Shown: positions 25,261 through 38,569 of the stretch, in pieces
Numbering within the stretch: position 1 is the stretch's first letter
How the letters are laid out: every line of letters starts with the position of its first letter
Assembly: GCA_013265495.1 (NCBI GenBank)
Contig: MU058781.1
Coordinates: 8,599,009-8,663,008, forward strand
Source: Vicugna vicugna
Lineage: Eukaryota
DNA length: 64,000 nucleotides
Direction of reading: 5' to 3'
The notes under the pieces: generated by a model
What the model was told of the DNA's origin: nothing
Seen by the model: the letters and a program-made list of their open reading frames with translations, nothing else
The model's database searches: none
Position numbers and translations under genes: made by a program

Positions 25261-27689
25261 GTTGTTGTTTGTTAGTGTCTGTATATAAAATCTTTGTATA
25301 TTATATTCCTTGCCGTTTCTACAGCTACCATTCTGATTCCAGCCTTCTTCAGGCCAAGACCTAGATGATTACGAGGAATGGAGATTATATGTTGGTGTGT
25401 TTTGTTCTGTTTGGAACTAGCTGACAAAGGGTTAATATGAGATAAAGTGACTGGCATTGTTATCCACGGCCTGGGCCACCTTGTAGGTTAGACTACCATC
25501 TGGTCATTTCTTCAACAAATACCATCATCACCATTACTTATCTCGTATATGTTGGCCACTGTACTGGGGACATAGGCCCTGTCCTCAGTTATAAATAAAC
25601 CTCTTTAGAGGAGAGCTTGAAATCTAGTTCTGTTCTGTGTTGAATGGCTTTATAGGGAGGTTCTGCTGTAATTAAGTTGTTTAGTTACTGAGAGAGGAAT
25701 GGATGTTGCTTTTGAAATTTATTGGAAGAACATCTTAGAATATAATGTCATTATCAATTATGTTGACTTTTTAAAAACATGTTTTATATTGTAATGATTG
25801 TAGTCTACTGTGTGTTGGTTTTTAAAGATATGACATTATATTTGAAGTTAGTTTTCTTATAATTATGTATCAAATTAAGAAAAACTGAGGATGAATTTCC
25901 TGACAGTAAAGTGCCGTTAGCAATATCTGCTTTTTACATTCATTACTCAAACTGCTACAATTCTAGGACTAGTCTTTTTTTTTTTAAGATGATTAAAACT
26001 AGACAAGTTGTCACTTGTCTGGAATTGTTCTTTCAATAAGCAAGACTTGATTAAGACTGAGTGTTGTCTGTCACTGTCTACATCTGTGATTCTCTTTGCT
26101 CTGAAGGAAAATCTTTACTTTCTACGTGTAGCTTTCTGTAGAAACCTGGCCTGACAGGACACTTCTGTGTCAAATCTTGAGCCTTCAAAACACAGGGAAA
26201 AATAGAATTTAATGACGACGATTCTGTTCGGAGGGCTGAGGCTGTAAATAATAGGGCAAAATTTAAACCTGTGTTTCTTGTTTGCTAACTCCCAAAGAGG
26301 TATCTTGCTTGATCATCTAAGTTTTCCGACTTCAGGGTGTGATTTTAAGAAGAGAAAATGTTTGTGATACCAGTGATACTAAAGGTTTTAATATCTGAAA
26401 TGAGCAATCAGTATTTTGTGAGGAATGAGATTAACGGGTTGGGAAGGATACCCGGTTTCAGTTTGGTTTGTTGCATCACATGAGCTGGGGATCTTCAGCT
26501 CAAGCCTCTCCTGTTGGCCCTGCTTTCCCTCAGTTGTTCAGTGCTGTCTGGAGTGTGTGTATAGTTCCTTTGAAAGATGACCTCTCTGTATAGATGAATC
26601 CCTATAAAGAACATTCTAGAAAGTTGTTAGGATAACTCTTACGCGTGGTCTGGGATCAAAAATGTTTCCAGGCAGCAACAGTGTTGTGCGTGCCGACCTC
26701 TAGGAATTCCATTCCTTTCCTGCTACTTCATTGTGTGGTCTGCAGCCTGTGGCTGGGCAGGCATGTACCAGTATGTGTCTGGGTCTCAATTCTGTGTTCT
26801 TTCCATTTTGCTATGCTTTTCAAATTTATTGACTTCTCCTTGATGCCAGGTATTTTGTTAGGGGTCAAGGACAAACAACAACAATAACAACATCAACAAA
26901 AAATAAGTAAGGCAGAGTCTTGTCTTTATTTGATAAAGTAAATACCTGGGCCAGGTACCGATTTAGCCTCTGGCAGCCCCCAGTCCTGCCTTCTTCGCTT
27001 TGCTTTCTGGGGCTGGAAGTGGAACTGGTCAGAGTTCTCCTTTGTCAGCAGCAGCGGGGGTGGCTCTGTCAGTAGAGGGTGCTGGCGGGAACTTGCGAGG
27101 TCACAGCAGCAGTGAAGCAGCTCTCTGGATTCTAGGCCTCCTGCCCTTTTTCATTCACTGCAGGAGCCAGGAGTGATGGGTGTGTGGGAGGGCCTGGTGA
27201 GGCCCGCGTGGCAGTACAGGTCCTGCCTCCTTGCCAGTGACATCGTGGGCCATCTCCCTCCAGAAACTCTGGTTGTGGCTGTACCATATCCGCTGCATGT
27301 CCCTGATCGTCCATTCCTTCTCTGACTGGGTACCATTTCTCTCTCATTATCCGGATGTGGCAGCACTTCCCTCTTGAAGTCTTCCCTGAACTTCCAGCCC
27401 AACGTACGTCTTCTAACTTTACTTCTTTGACACATCCTGCATTCACCACAGCTACATCGTCCTCTTCGAGGGTATTGTACTTTTCATTTGGCTGGTATTT
27501 CTCTCCCTGAAGACGGTGAGATTTCACCTGCTTCAGTATACCCAGCACGTGGCAGGGACACTCAGATGCTTCCTGAATTGACTTAAATCTTCTGTTTCAC
27601 TCTTTACCCCTTCATTCTACCTAGTCAAGTATCTTCTAAGGGAAAACAAAAGCTATCTTGAGTAGTGGGTGAGGCACATCTATATACTT

Positions 27690-27820
27690 CGTCTTATTTA
27701 ATCTTATTTAAACCTGAGGGCACAAGTATGTTTAGAGGGGTTAAGTATCTTGCCCCCTGGTTGACATGGCCAGAAAGTGATGGAGTTGGCTTTTACCCTG
27801 GGTCTGTCTGACTCCAAAGA
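27690..27820 (-). mobile_element. MIR fragment
   Basis: agaggggttaagtatcttgccc...gaaagtgatggagttgg...tctgtctgactccaaag. Confidence 0.7.
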
Positions 27821-28289
27821 CCCTACAATGTTTAGAAGATGTTAAAAGTTAAACAAGCATTTGGTTGACAATTCCTGGTTTTATTTAAACTTAGAGATTT
27901 ATTTGTTAGCAGGAAGTTGCTTATGGATAGTGTCTTATGCTCTTCAAAGTTGGAGTTAATAGAATAGTTCTTTCATCTCTCATACAGCGATTTTTAGGGG
28001 ACGGCAGTGATGGGAAAAAGCCATAAGGTCCGTTTTATGACTATTGTGTAATTCTACCTGGGGATAAGTGGTGTTTTCTTTGTCATTGATTATTAAAAGT
28101 TTATATTATGATACTGATTTTCAGAGCCATAGACGCTAATTTATCTCAATCATTCAGAATTGAATAAGGAATTCTGTTTTTATTACATAAGGCTTATGTT
28201 TCATAAAGTTGGTCTTAGTGTTAAAAATAAATAGCTGATTTTCAGAAATAGCATTGGTTGTTGATCCACAGACTTTTAAACTATTTTTC

Positions 28290-28970
28290 TTCCCCATTAT
28301 AAAACAGGTAGCTTGCATTTGGAAAATGAAATTTAAAAGTCACCTGTATACTCTTCTGCAGTGGTTACCATGGTTAACACGCTGCTGTATGACTTTCCAG
28401 TCTTTTTTCTGTATTGGTTTTCCTTTTATGTAGATGTAATTGTCTTGTGTTATTTTTGTATCCCACTTTTAAAAGAACATTTAAGCTTATCACTTGATAT
28501 AATATTAATTTTAAGTGGCTATGTAATATTTCATTTTATGGATATACTATAATTTATGTACATTGTTTGGCTGAGTGCTTAGATTTTATCCAATTTGCCA
28601 TACACTGCAACAGATGTATCATAACCATCAAATAAATGAACTTCTTTGGGTGTAAGTCCTTGTGCTTATTTCTGGATGTTATTTTTTTTTATGTAGATTA
28701 GATTTGTGAAGGTGGAATTTTGGGTCCGAAAATGAGCATTTCAAAAACTCTACATATGTCTTGTCACATTATTGTCTAGAGAAAGTGTATCAGTTAGGCA
28801 CTCATCCAGCAGGGAGAGAGACACTTCTCCCTCCTGTGTTTGCAGAATTACCAGTTTTGGCTTGGCTAATTTAAAAGCAATTGAGATTATAGTTCCTTGT
28901 TTTTATAGGCGTTTTGTTGATTATGAATGGAATTGAACATTTTTACATATATTTGGGTTAGTTACCATTT
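28290..28970 (-). mobile_element. Old L1 (L1ME-like) fragment
   Basis: cactcatccagcagggagaga and gaattgaacatttttacatatattt; degenerate. Confidence 0.55.
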
Positions 28971-31111
28971 ACTTTTAATTTTTTTAGTATAGACTTAATG
29001 TTTTTCAAGTATGCTCATATGAGAGTCTTTGAGAATCAGCTGTAAGAGAACTCTTAAAGTTAGAACTGCTTTGCCATGCTTATGAAAACTATAATCAGGA
29101 ATAAACGTAACATTCAAGCCCTGAGAGAAGGCTTTGCAGATCTGATGTGAGTTCATTTAATTATATTCCTCTGTACCCACCATGGTCTGCCTGAATACTT
29201 TGATCAGTATACAGAAAAAGGAACCTGAGATTATAATATGTTATGATAATTATTTTGCTCTAAAATAATGATGAGTATACTTTTCAAATAAAATGAAGCA
29301 TATATTTCATGCAACAAACACTATGTTACTAGATTTTTTTAAAAGTAGGAAATACTCAAGGGAGTAGGCTGTAATGACTTTGAAATTCTTTAGGAACTGT
29401 GGGTGAGATGCTTTATGACTTCCCCCACCAAGAGGCTTTGTGGCTCTCATTTGTAAGCTGCCATTCATTGTCCTGTCTCTGGTCTTTGTCTCTCTCCAGC
29501 TTTTCTTCCTCAATCTTTGGACTAGTTCCTGCGGAAAATATGAGTGCACAGTTGTGCCCTCTTGGCTAGGGCATCTCTGGACCAGCAGACCCCGAGCAGC
29601 CAGTGCTGCTGAGAGCAGGTGCGTGTGCAGATGGCGTGGTGGGGCCAGCCTGCCTTCTGCTTGGTGGTGCTGGAGAAGGTGATTGATCATACAGCTCACT
29701 CCGCATAATGGTCTGAGGCAAGGGGAGCAAGAGTACCAGGCTAAGGGAAAGTCAGAGCTGGCAGAACAGACATACACACTTAATTTAATCTGAGTTTCAT
29801 TAAACTTCCTTAATAGTGCTCTTAAGCAGTGGCCTCTGTGCTTGTGGTTTCGCCTCTTCTCTTGCCCTGGATCTTCTGAGGGAGATGATGATAATAGAGA
29901 CAGAAAGGGCAGAAGGCAGCTATCCTGAGCTGGAGAAGGTATCCAGGCATCATTGCTTTCATAATTCACGGTGGACTCCAGGGCGGTGTAAAGACAGCTC
30001 ATTATGTGCCTCAGTTGAGTTTTTGTTTTTTCTTATAGTTACCTCAAAAATGGGGTACACGTATCACTGGGGTAGATTAAAAAAATGCATTGGGTGGAAA
30101 GAGAAGACTAAAAACTTCATTTTTATCTTGTTCTTTAAAAATTTCTATTTCCATCTATCTTTTGGAAAGTACACAATCAACTTGTACTGTAAGACAAGTA
30201 TATACTTAATAAATATATGTAAATTAGGGTGGTATACGCAGAAGTTTTTTATTTCTAACTAAATTTTCATGGCATGCAGTTTCTAAATCTTACAGGATTG
30301 TGAATTATGAGATTTGTTGTATGGGAATAACGCTTTTGCTTGTTAATACTAGGACATGGGACATTTACATAAGATTACGATCTACCTATTAAGAGTTCTT
30401 TTGTTTGGATTTTTTTCCCCCTCTGAGTAAATCAGGCTTAATAGAGTACATATGAAGGGCATGAGGTCGAGGACAATTCTCACTATTTCTGTGCCAGAAT
30501 TTTATACTGAATTTAAAAATGTCAAAATGATGGAAGACTTTAGAGATGGCTGGTATAGAAGTATTCTCAATTTGTTATTTAACCTCAGAGTTCACGTGGA
30601 GTTTTATAACTGTTTTAGGCAGCTTTCTGTTTGGAGCCCCAAACATCATGAGCTCTTGTGAATTCTGTCTACAGCTAATAAAGAGGTGCAATGATAGTCA
30701 TTTGTCTCTGGTTTTCTTCATCTTTACTTCTCTTAAATGTTCATTTATGATGCTTGAAACCATCCCAGCCTCTTTAAGTTAGTATTCCGCAGAATTTCTG
30801 TCTAGGTCACAGAGAGGTTATAGTTATTTTTGGGAACTCTGAAATTTCATTGTCCATGTGGTTCAAAAATCATGAAACCTAAAGTGAAACCATTATAGAA
30901 AGCTTGCTGATGGGGACTTATCAACTGTGAGAATTGATAGTAATGATCATTTTTGCATATTTTCCTGTAGGATAAATTATTTTTTGAGGCTTTGTTTTTA
31001 GTTGTAGTTGTTGGGTTTCGTTTTAGCAGCCCTAAACATAAGAAAGAATAATCTAACTTTCTGAGTAAATTTGGAAAACCAGTGTTTTGAGGGGTCACAA
31101 TTAAGATGGGA

Positions 31112-31253
31112 AGTAGCCCATAATGAAAAGAATATGAAAAGGAAGATATGTATGTATCTGTATGACTGAAACATGCTGTACACCAGAAATTGACACAGCG
31201 TTGTAAACTGACTATACTTCAATAGATAGATAAATAGATAAATAGAAAGAAAG
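31112..31253 (+). mobile_element. 5'-truncated young L1 3' end with GATA/GAAA-degenerated tail
   Basis: gtatgactgaaacatgctgtacaccagaaattgacacagcgttgtaaactgactatacttcaat. Probable TSD aagatggga (31103-31111) and aagacagga (31254-31262), which differ as expected from CpG decay. Confidence 0.85.
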
Positions 31254-32333
31254 AAGACAGGAGCTGTACACAGTGCTGGGAAGTGAAGAGAGAGCCAGAG
31301 CTTGGAAGGGATCAGGTCTCAGCCTCTTGGAGGGTGCCCCTTTCAATTCTCAGACAGCCTCTCACTTTTCTTCCTCCATTCTCATTTCCTTGACAAATAT
31401 TACAAGTGTGTAAATATTTATTGGCTTTTCTGGTTAGTCAGAAATAGTAACCATTTCTGATAATTTACCCAGTTGAGATAAGGTAATTTTTGTTACTCAG
31501 TTCCAGATCACTCAGATCCCTTTGAGACTAAACTTTTTGAACTGTTAGCTGTTTGAACTTTTTGTGTGTTTTTTATTAAGAGGAAAAACAGTCACTGTCT
31601 TCTTTCCCAGAAGCATGGATTGAAGAACAGGACAGATGACTGAATCATCTTTCCAGACAGAAGTGTTGCTTCCAGGGACAGATGTTCTGTACTTAGTTTT
31701 TTGGTTGATGTAGTTCATATTAATGTGCACCTAGTACTACACCAAACGGCAGCCTTACTTCCCGGCCTGTGACTGCCCCGAAGGCCAGGAGCCCAGGAGT
31801 ACTTTGGCCTTCTCTTGTCATGTATCCTCCATGTAATGTGGACGGTGGAAACCTAATACTAAAAGCTTTTTATGAGACCTAGTTATACTTGAACTTGGGG
31901 TTGCTTAACTCAGAAACGTTCTAATTTAATTAACTTGTGATTGTCATACTTGGCACAAGTCTTCTTGAGAACTTGCCAGCTACATTCATAGGAGTCCCAG
32001 TTTTCTGCTCTGGGTGCAGGAAGTACCCCTTCAATTCCACAGGAGGATGAGGATGGACATCTCTCCCTGTGCATCAGGATGTCAGTCTCTGAGTCGTGCA
32101 GAAAGGTTTCTCTGTCCACATCTTTTGCCTGTTCTGCATATTTATATTAATTTTGTTATGAAGCATCAACTCAGCAGAGGTAACAGAAACCTTAGCTGCC
32201 TGGATGCCAGGGCTAAAGAAGTCCTTTCTGTCTTTGTGCTTACAGCTCATGATAGTAATGAAGTGTGTCATCACTTCATAGACTGAAACACATGAAAACC
32301 AAAGTGAAGGCCTTTGTCACTGCTTCTCGCCTC

Positions 32334-32395
32334 TAGTGAAAAAGTAGAAAATGTAGTGAAAAATGTAGTGAAAATGTAGTGAAAAAGTAGAAAAT
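32334..32395. repeat. Short imperfect tandem repeat (tagtgaaaa-based, A-B-B-A order)
   Basis: tagtgaaaaagtagaaaat, gtagtgaaaaat, gtagtgaaaat, gtagtgaaaaagtagaaaat. Confidence 0.85.
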
Positions 32396-32936
32396 ATAAT
32401 GCACAGCTGCTGCTTTTCCAGTTAGTAATTTTGAAAAAAATAGATACAGTACATGTTTTTTAGGACTGTGTCTTTCTAGGGGGAAAAATCAAGTTGTTTA
32501 GTGCCTTCAGAACTGGATGTTCTCATGTTTCTAGACAAAATGTGATACTAATAGGCCTATCCAGAGTTGTTTCTACAAAGCTGTCTAGGACGTTGGGTCC
32601 ACCAGCCAGGAACTCTATGTCTTGGTAGAAGTGCTTGTTACAAAAACCATCCTCTAGGAGTATTCAGGTTATAGGTCCATCCAGATGTTCCCGAGTACAC
32701 AGTCTTCCCTTTCAGAGATGAGCCCAGATGTCAGGTTATAATTGGAGGGGGTCGTATTTCTACTACTTGGGGGCTTTGGTTTCCCTGTACCTGCTAGTTC
32801 AGTTGCCACCTAGTTTCTTGATATCTGTTTCTGGCCCTTGTATCATCTTTTGTCTACCTTTTCTCTGGGCATGGGGTTACTACCCATTCTGCAAGATGCT
32901 GTGTGCAGCCATCCTGGTTTTCATTGATACCATATA

Positions 32937-33200
32937 TTTTTAAATTGTGGTAAAATATACATAATATAAAATGTACCATTTTAAACACTTTTAAGTGTAC
33001 AGTTCAGTGGCATTAAATACATTGACATTGCTATGTAACCATCCATGTCCAGAACCTTTTCATCTTCCCAAACTGAAACTCTGTACCCATTCAACAGTAA
33101 CTCCCCTGACTCCCCTCCGCCTAGTCCCTGGTAACCACTGTTCTGCTTTCTGTCTTTATGAATTTAACTGTTTCAGCCACCTCATATAAGGGGATTCATT
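32937..33200 (-). mobile_element. L1MA/L1MB-type 3' end
   Basis: aattgtggtaaaatatacataa...aagtgtacagttcagtggcatt...cccaaactgaaactctgtaccc. Confidence 0.85.
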
Positions 33201-33689
33201 GAAATTTAAAAAAAAGATCTGAAAAAGCCACTGCTATATTTCTTGAATGCATGGTTAAATCACCGGTTAAATTTGCATCTCTTCTCTTAGCTGTGGCCCC
33301 AGAGGCCTTCCACAGTGACTGGCCAGCCAGAAGCAAGAGGGTGAAACATGGGAAGACCCTAGAAATGTTGGACCTTCTTCCTTTTAATAAAAAACTGATC
33401 CTGAGATGTTACCTAAAAATGGAAGAGTTCTTCCCGTATTTTTTACAGCCCTCAGTGGCAGCAATGTTCTACTTACACAAAATAGGAAGAATTTCAAGTT
33501 ACTCAGGCTTTACTTAGTCTCCAAGTCTCCAAAGATATTTAAGTTTAGACTGAATTCTTTAAGAAATCAGGGAGCTAAGGGCATCTGAAATTAGTGAAGG
33601 AAATAAAATCTATCCTTGGGAAACAAAAAGTAAAAGACCGCCTTTTAGCAAAGACCCTTTCCTTTGGTTGTCTCTCTAAAGCTAATACA

Positions 33690-33988
33690 TAGAATGACAT
33701 TCGCCAGGAACATCCATGTTGCTGCAATGGCATTAGGTTGTCATTTTATGGCTGAGTAGTGTTCCATTGTATAAATATACCACAACTTCTTTATCCAGTC
33801 ATCTGTCCACGGACATTTAGGTTGTTTCCATGTCTTGGCTATTGTATATAGCACTGCTATGAAAGTTGGGGTGCATGTATCTTGTTAAATAAGAGTTCCC
33901 TCTGGATATATGCCCAGAAGTGGGGTTGCTGGATCATATGGTAAGTCTATTTTTAGTTTTTTGAGGAATCTCCATACTGTTTTCCATA
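33690..33988 (-). mobile_element. Young L1 fragment (ORF2 end) lacking 3' UTR and poly(A)
   Basis: Highly similar to 38290-38546 of this window (catccatgttgctgc...ggatcatatggtaagtctat). Confidence 0.88.
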
Positions 33989-35429
33989 CATAAAATAACA
34001 GGTTCTTGAAGAAAGTTTTGATTTCTGCTTTGAAACGTCAGGTGAATTGTATACCCTAATAGTGAAAATTTTGTTTTTGAAAGGTATGTGGTATTTATTT
34101 AGATCGAATGAGAAGACCACTTGTTTGGGGGCAAGTATAAATTGTGTCAGTTAAGAGAAAACTAATTTCAATGGAAAAGAACATTGGTTGACTGTTGTCT
34201 CAGGGCTTTATGGTTCTCAATGATTGTGAGTCACAGCTCATTTTAATTACCTGGTAAAAGCTAAGCACCTTCTCCCCCTATGGAAAAGTAGCACATTCAC
34301 AGCCATGTGAAAAATTTTCATACAATTTCAGTGGGATTTTTGGAAGACCATACATGGATGTCAAGTTAGAACCTACATGGATGACAAGTCTTTCTCTAAG
34401 CTCTGTAGTGAACTGACGCATGTCATCTTTGTCACTCATAACACCTATTTTTCGCCAAACAAGTTTAAGGCAGGGGAGCTGCTTCTCTACAAGTCTCACA
34501 CCGTATTCTTCCCGAGATACGTATTAATCGTCCATTAGTGAGACAAGCTCAAAACAGTTAACACAGTTTGTTCCATAAGACAGATTGAAGGTTCAGATCT
34601 CTGTTCTTTTAGGTGCCTTGACCAGCACTTTGAAAGGTTCATTTAGGCAGACACAGTGACATTTTAGAAATAGGATTTAGTTACCTTTATGTTCAACATC
34701 AGACAGCAAGAAATCCTCCTAAACCCGTGACTGGACACAGAACCTTCTAGAGATTAAGTTTGGGAAGCTGTCTCTAAGGGTAAAGTCTACGTGCCTCATG
34801 AGTTCTTTTGCCCTGCTGATTCAGAAGTGTGTCTTGTCTCTGAATTGTTTAGTCAGTCTGCATGTGTTGTATCTCATTACTTTCAATAAGTGAAAACCTA
34901 TTTGTATCAAGAATCCTGCAAGTCAACAAGCTACTACTTTTACCAATAAAAACTCATTTCTGACATTTAATATACCAATTAATTAGCAAACCCTCTGTTG
35001 TTACTTGAGATATTGATGATAGACGTATTTACGGTAGCTGTCTCTGAAGCTGGGATTCTGCTTACAGTGCCCTGGGATTTGCATTCTTGACTAGAGCAAC
35101 TGAATGCCCTTAGACTCCAGGTTTGAACTACAGAAGCCACATTCTTTATGCTCAAGTATTTTAAATTAATGGACAGACATTGTAACAGCAGATAATAATT
35201 TGCATGCGTTACATCAGTGAGACCCTCGTTTCATACCCACCTCCTTTTAATCATTTCCTGCTAGTGGTTGATTTCAGTCCCAGTTTTGTGGTTTTCCAGT
35301 GTGTGTTCACATGGTACTCGTCTCACAGTGGGGTCTCCAGTGCACTGCATTGTGTGTGGCTGTAACACAGTGACTGCTGAGTAAATGTTGGTTGAATGAA
35401 TAATGAACATTCAAAATCCCCACTGAACA

Positions 35430-35870
35430 AAATTTTAGACCAATTTTACATTTACGGAAACATTGCAAAGGTAGAGAGTTCCTGTATACTCAGTTAACTT
35501 ACTGTTAATTTCTTACTTTACTGTGGTGCTTTTTTTTTTTTCACAACTGAGAAAGTAACATTGGTACATTAGTGTTAATTAAACACCATGCTTCATTCAG
35601 ATTTCACTAGTTTTCCCCCAGTGTCCTTTGTCTGTTCCAGGATTTCTCCAAGATCGCATTTAATTGTCATGTCTTCTTAGTCTCTAAACAGTTTCTCAGA
35701 CTGTCCTTGTTTTTGACAGTTCTAAAAAGTACTGTTCCGTAGAATGTCCTTCAGTGTGGGTTTATCTGATGTTTTTCTCATATTTTGAGAGTGGTCATAG
35801 GTTTTTGAGAGGAAGCTCACAGAAGTGACGTGCCACTTATTATTTCACATTAGGATACATACTGAGCAGT
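35430..35870 (-). mobile_element. L1MB/L1MC 3' UTR fragment
   Basis: ttttagaccaattttacatttacggaaacattgcaaag and gcatttaattgtcatgtct. Confidence 0.7.
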
Positions 35871-37914
35871 TTTATTTTTAATATTTTAAGCTTAGAGTGG
35901 AGAGACGGGGACAACAGAAGGTGGAATTTAAATCAGTTAGTTTTGCCATGGTAAAAATGGTGGTAAAGATAAGGCGAGGGCACTAAATCTAAAAGAAAAA
36001 TTTAAACTTATCTGGGGGAATTCAGCCCTTGGTATTCCTGCCATGCATCATGTTGGATGTTTGAAAGTTGGTAGCATTTACTTTATTTAAATGCTTATCT
36101 GATAAAAATCAGAGAAATGAAAAGGCCAGTGGTATATAGGTAGATATATATCAAGGCACAACTGTAATAATTTTTAAAAAGTCTCTCAAATAACGAATTT
36201 TTTCAAGTCAGAAAAATTCTTAGTTGGATTTTTTTCCCTTTGCTGTGAAGTTTTTTCTTGCCCTTTGTTCTTTTGCATTAGGGTTTATGTTTTTCAAGCT
36301 GAGTTAATGATGTTGAGAAACATTTCAAAGGATTTGTCACCAGAGTAGTTTATCCCTTAATTAGTGGTGAGGTGGTTATGCAGACAGGTGACACATTTTA
36401 ATGTATTACAGAGACTAGTCTTGTTAGTTATTGATTAGTGACGAATAAATTACTGCCATTTTTAATCATAAGAAAATTTCTTTTGAGGATAATTAATCAG
36501 ATTCATGTTATTTCTCAAACCAATGTCGGATTATCATCTTTTTTAGTTACAAGAATCAACCTGCCTGCTTCTGTCTGGGATACATTCAGGACAGAGCAGA
36601 CAGGTTTCTAGGTTTGTATTTTGATCTTTGCTTTTATTTAGGTGGATGAGAAGTGTACTTGCTTAAACATTACTTTAAACTGCCTTTCCTGTTGAGTAGG
36701 TTTTGAACTACCTGCTTGACAGATGGTGTTGGAAGTAATTACTAAAATCATGTGTTTACCTGTACATGGACATGTGTTCACCAGATGCACCCTGTTTACT
36801 TAGTGCTGCTGATTTCTTAAAGAAATACACACCTTCTGGTTAGAGTTGCATAACTTAGGAGAATGCATAAAAGCTTGGCCAGCCAGAACTCCCCTTCTTG
36901 CTCAGTTGCAGAATCAGCTGTACTGAGATTTACCATTTATATCTCTTCCTGAGTGGTCAGGGTAGTCCAGGGAACCACTTTCGGTATTATTTACCTTTCC
37001 TTCTTTTGATTTACTAAGTATTCTAATTTTACTTGTCTGTTGATTTAACAAATAGCCCCTCTCCCCAACTGTGTACTCAACAGTAGTAAGAGAGAGAGTT
37101 AAGCTTTAATATGATGGTTATGGTTTATTATATGGTTGTATTATTTATCCTCAGTATTTCAAAATACATGTCTTCCAGACCACATGTTAAAAATGTGTTC
37201 ATCCTTTGTATTTCTAAATTCTGATATTTTTGGATTATTTGTATTTTTTTAAACAACTCATGGGTAATTTCTTTATTCATAAAGAGTGAGGCTAGCTACT
37301 TTAATATTTATTTATTAACCATCAAATCCTGATTTGTTTTCTACCTCACTTCTATTTTATTTCTGTTAAAAAAAGTTTAAAAAACTTAATGACAATGACC
37401 CCTTTTAACATATGTGCCTTAAGTGTTCAGTTTTGAAACTCAATACATTTAACTGTCTGTAAACCCTGAGAAACAAGGAAAGTTATTGTTTCAAGATTTT
37501 GACAGGTGCAAAACTATAAATAATTACAGGCCTGGGCAGAAACTAGAACAGAAGTTGCACAGCAGCTGGCAGGCCTGACCTGTGACGGGTCTGACCTGAG
37601 TTAAGTAGCCTTAAATTTCATGGCAAGCTCAGATTTGTTTTATGGTACGAAGTTCACCTTCTGCTACAACAAGATTCCATTGAGGCTGGCTATAAGCTGC
37701 AAAGAGAGAAACATATACAGAATATGGAGAAAGAAAACTGTCCACTGAGTCATCTTTTGTTCAACTTTAGGGCTAGAGGAAATTTTTATAGATGAGTTTT
37801 TAAACTGACTTCCGTGTTGACTGAAATAAATCACTCAACACCCAGTAGTATACAGCAATTATATCTGAGAAGGATAGTCTGGCTTTTTAAAAACTTTTTA
37901 TGTTGTCTATTTCT

Positions 37915-38546
37915 TTTTTTAAATTGAAGGATAGTCACTCTATAATGTGTCAATTTCTGGTGTATAGCATAATATTTCAGTCATACATATACATGCATAT
38001 ATTCCTTTTCATATTCTTTTTCATTATAAGTTACTATAAGATATTGAATATAGCTCCCTGTGCTGTAAGTAGAAACTTGTTTATCTATTTTATATATAGT
38101 AGTTAGTATATGTAAATCTCAAACTCCCAGTTTTTCCCTTCTCACCCCTTTACCCCCTAGTAACCATGATTTGTTTTCTATGTCTGTTTTTGTTTTGTAA
38201 AGATGTTCATTTGTCTATTTTTTTTTTTAAGATCCCACGTGTAAGCGATATCATATAGTATTTTTCTTTCTCTTTCTGGCTTACTTCACTTCGAATGATG
38301 ATCTCCAGGTCCATCCATGTTGCTGCAAATGGCATTATTTCATTCTTTTTTTTTATTGCTGAGTAGTATTCTATTGTATGTGTGTGTTCTTTATCCAGTC
38401 ATCTGTCATTGGACACTTAAGTTGCTTCCATGTCTTGGCTATTGTAAATAATGCTGCTATGGACATTGGGGTGCATGTATCTTGTTGAATAAGAGCTCCT
38501 TCTGCATATATGCCCAGGAGTGGGATTGCTGGATCTATGGTAAGTC
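37915..38546 (-). mobile_element. 5'-truncated young L1 with 16-bp TSD
   Basis: PolyT followed by the L1 3' UTR and ORF2 end. TSD tatgttgtctatttct (37899-37914) and tatgttacctatttct (38547-38562). Confidence 0.92.
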
Positions 38547-38569
38547 TATGTTACCTATTTCTATAACAT

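Noticed and set aside
29307..30002. Longest ORF (231 aa, minus strand)
   Set aside because: No recognisable domain, Leu/Ser/Cys/Arg-rich composition, and overlapping ORFs on the other strand; best explained as a chance ORF in a GC-richer patch.
30600..30720. Possible orthologue of the human rs7756992 flank
   Set aside because: Similarity to my recollection of the flank is too weak to support without an alignment.
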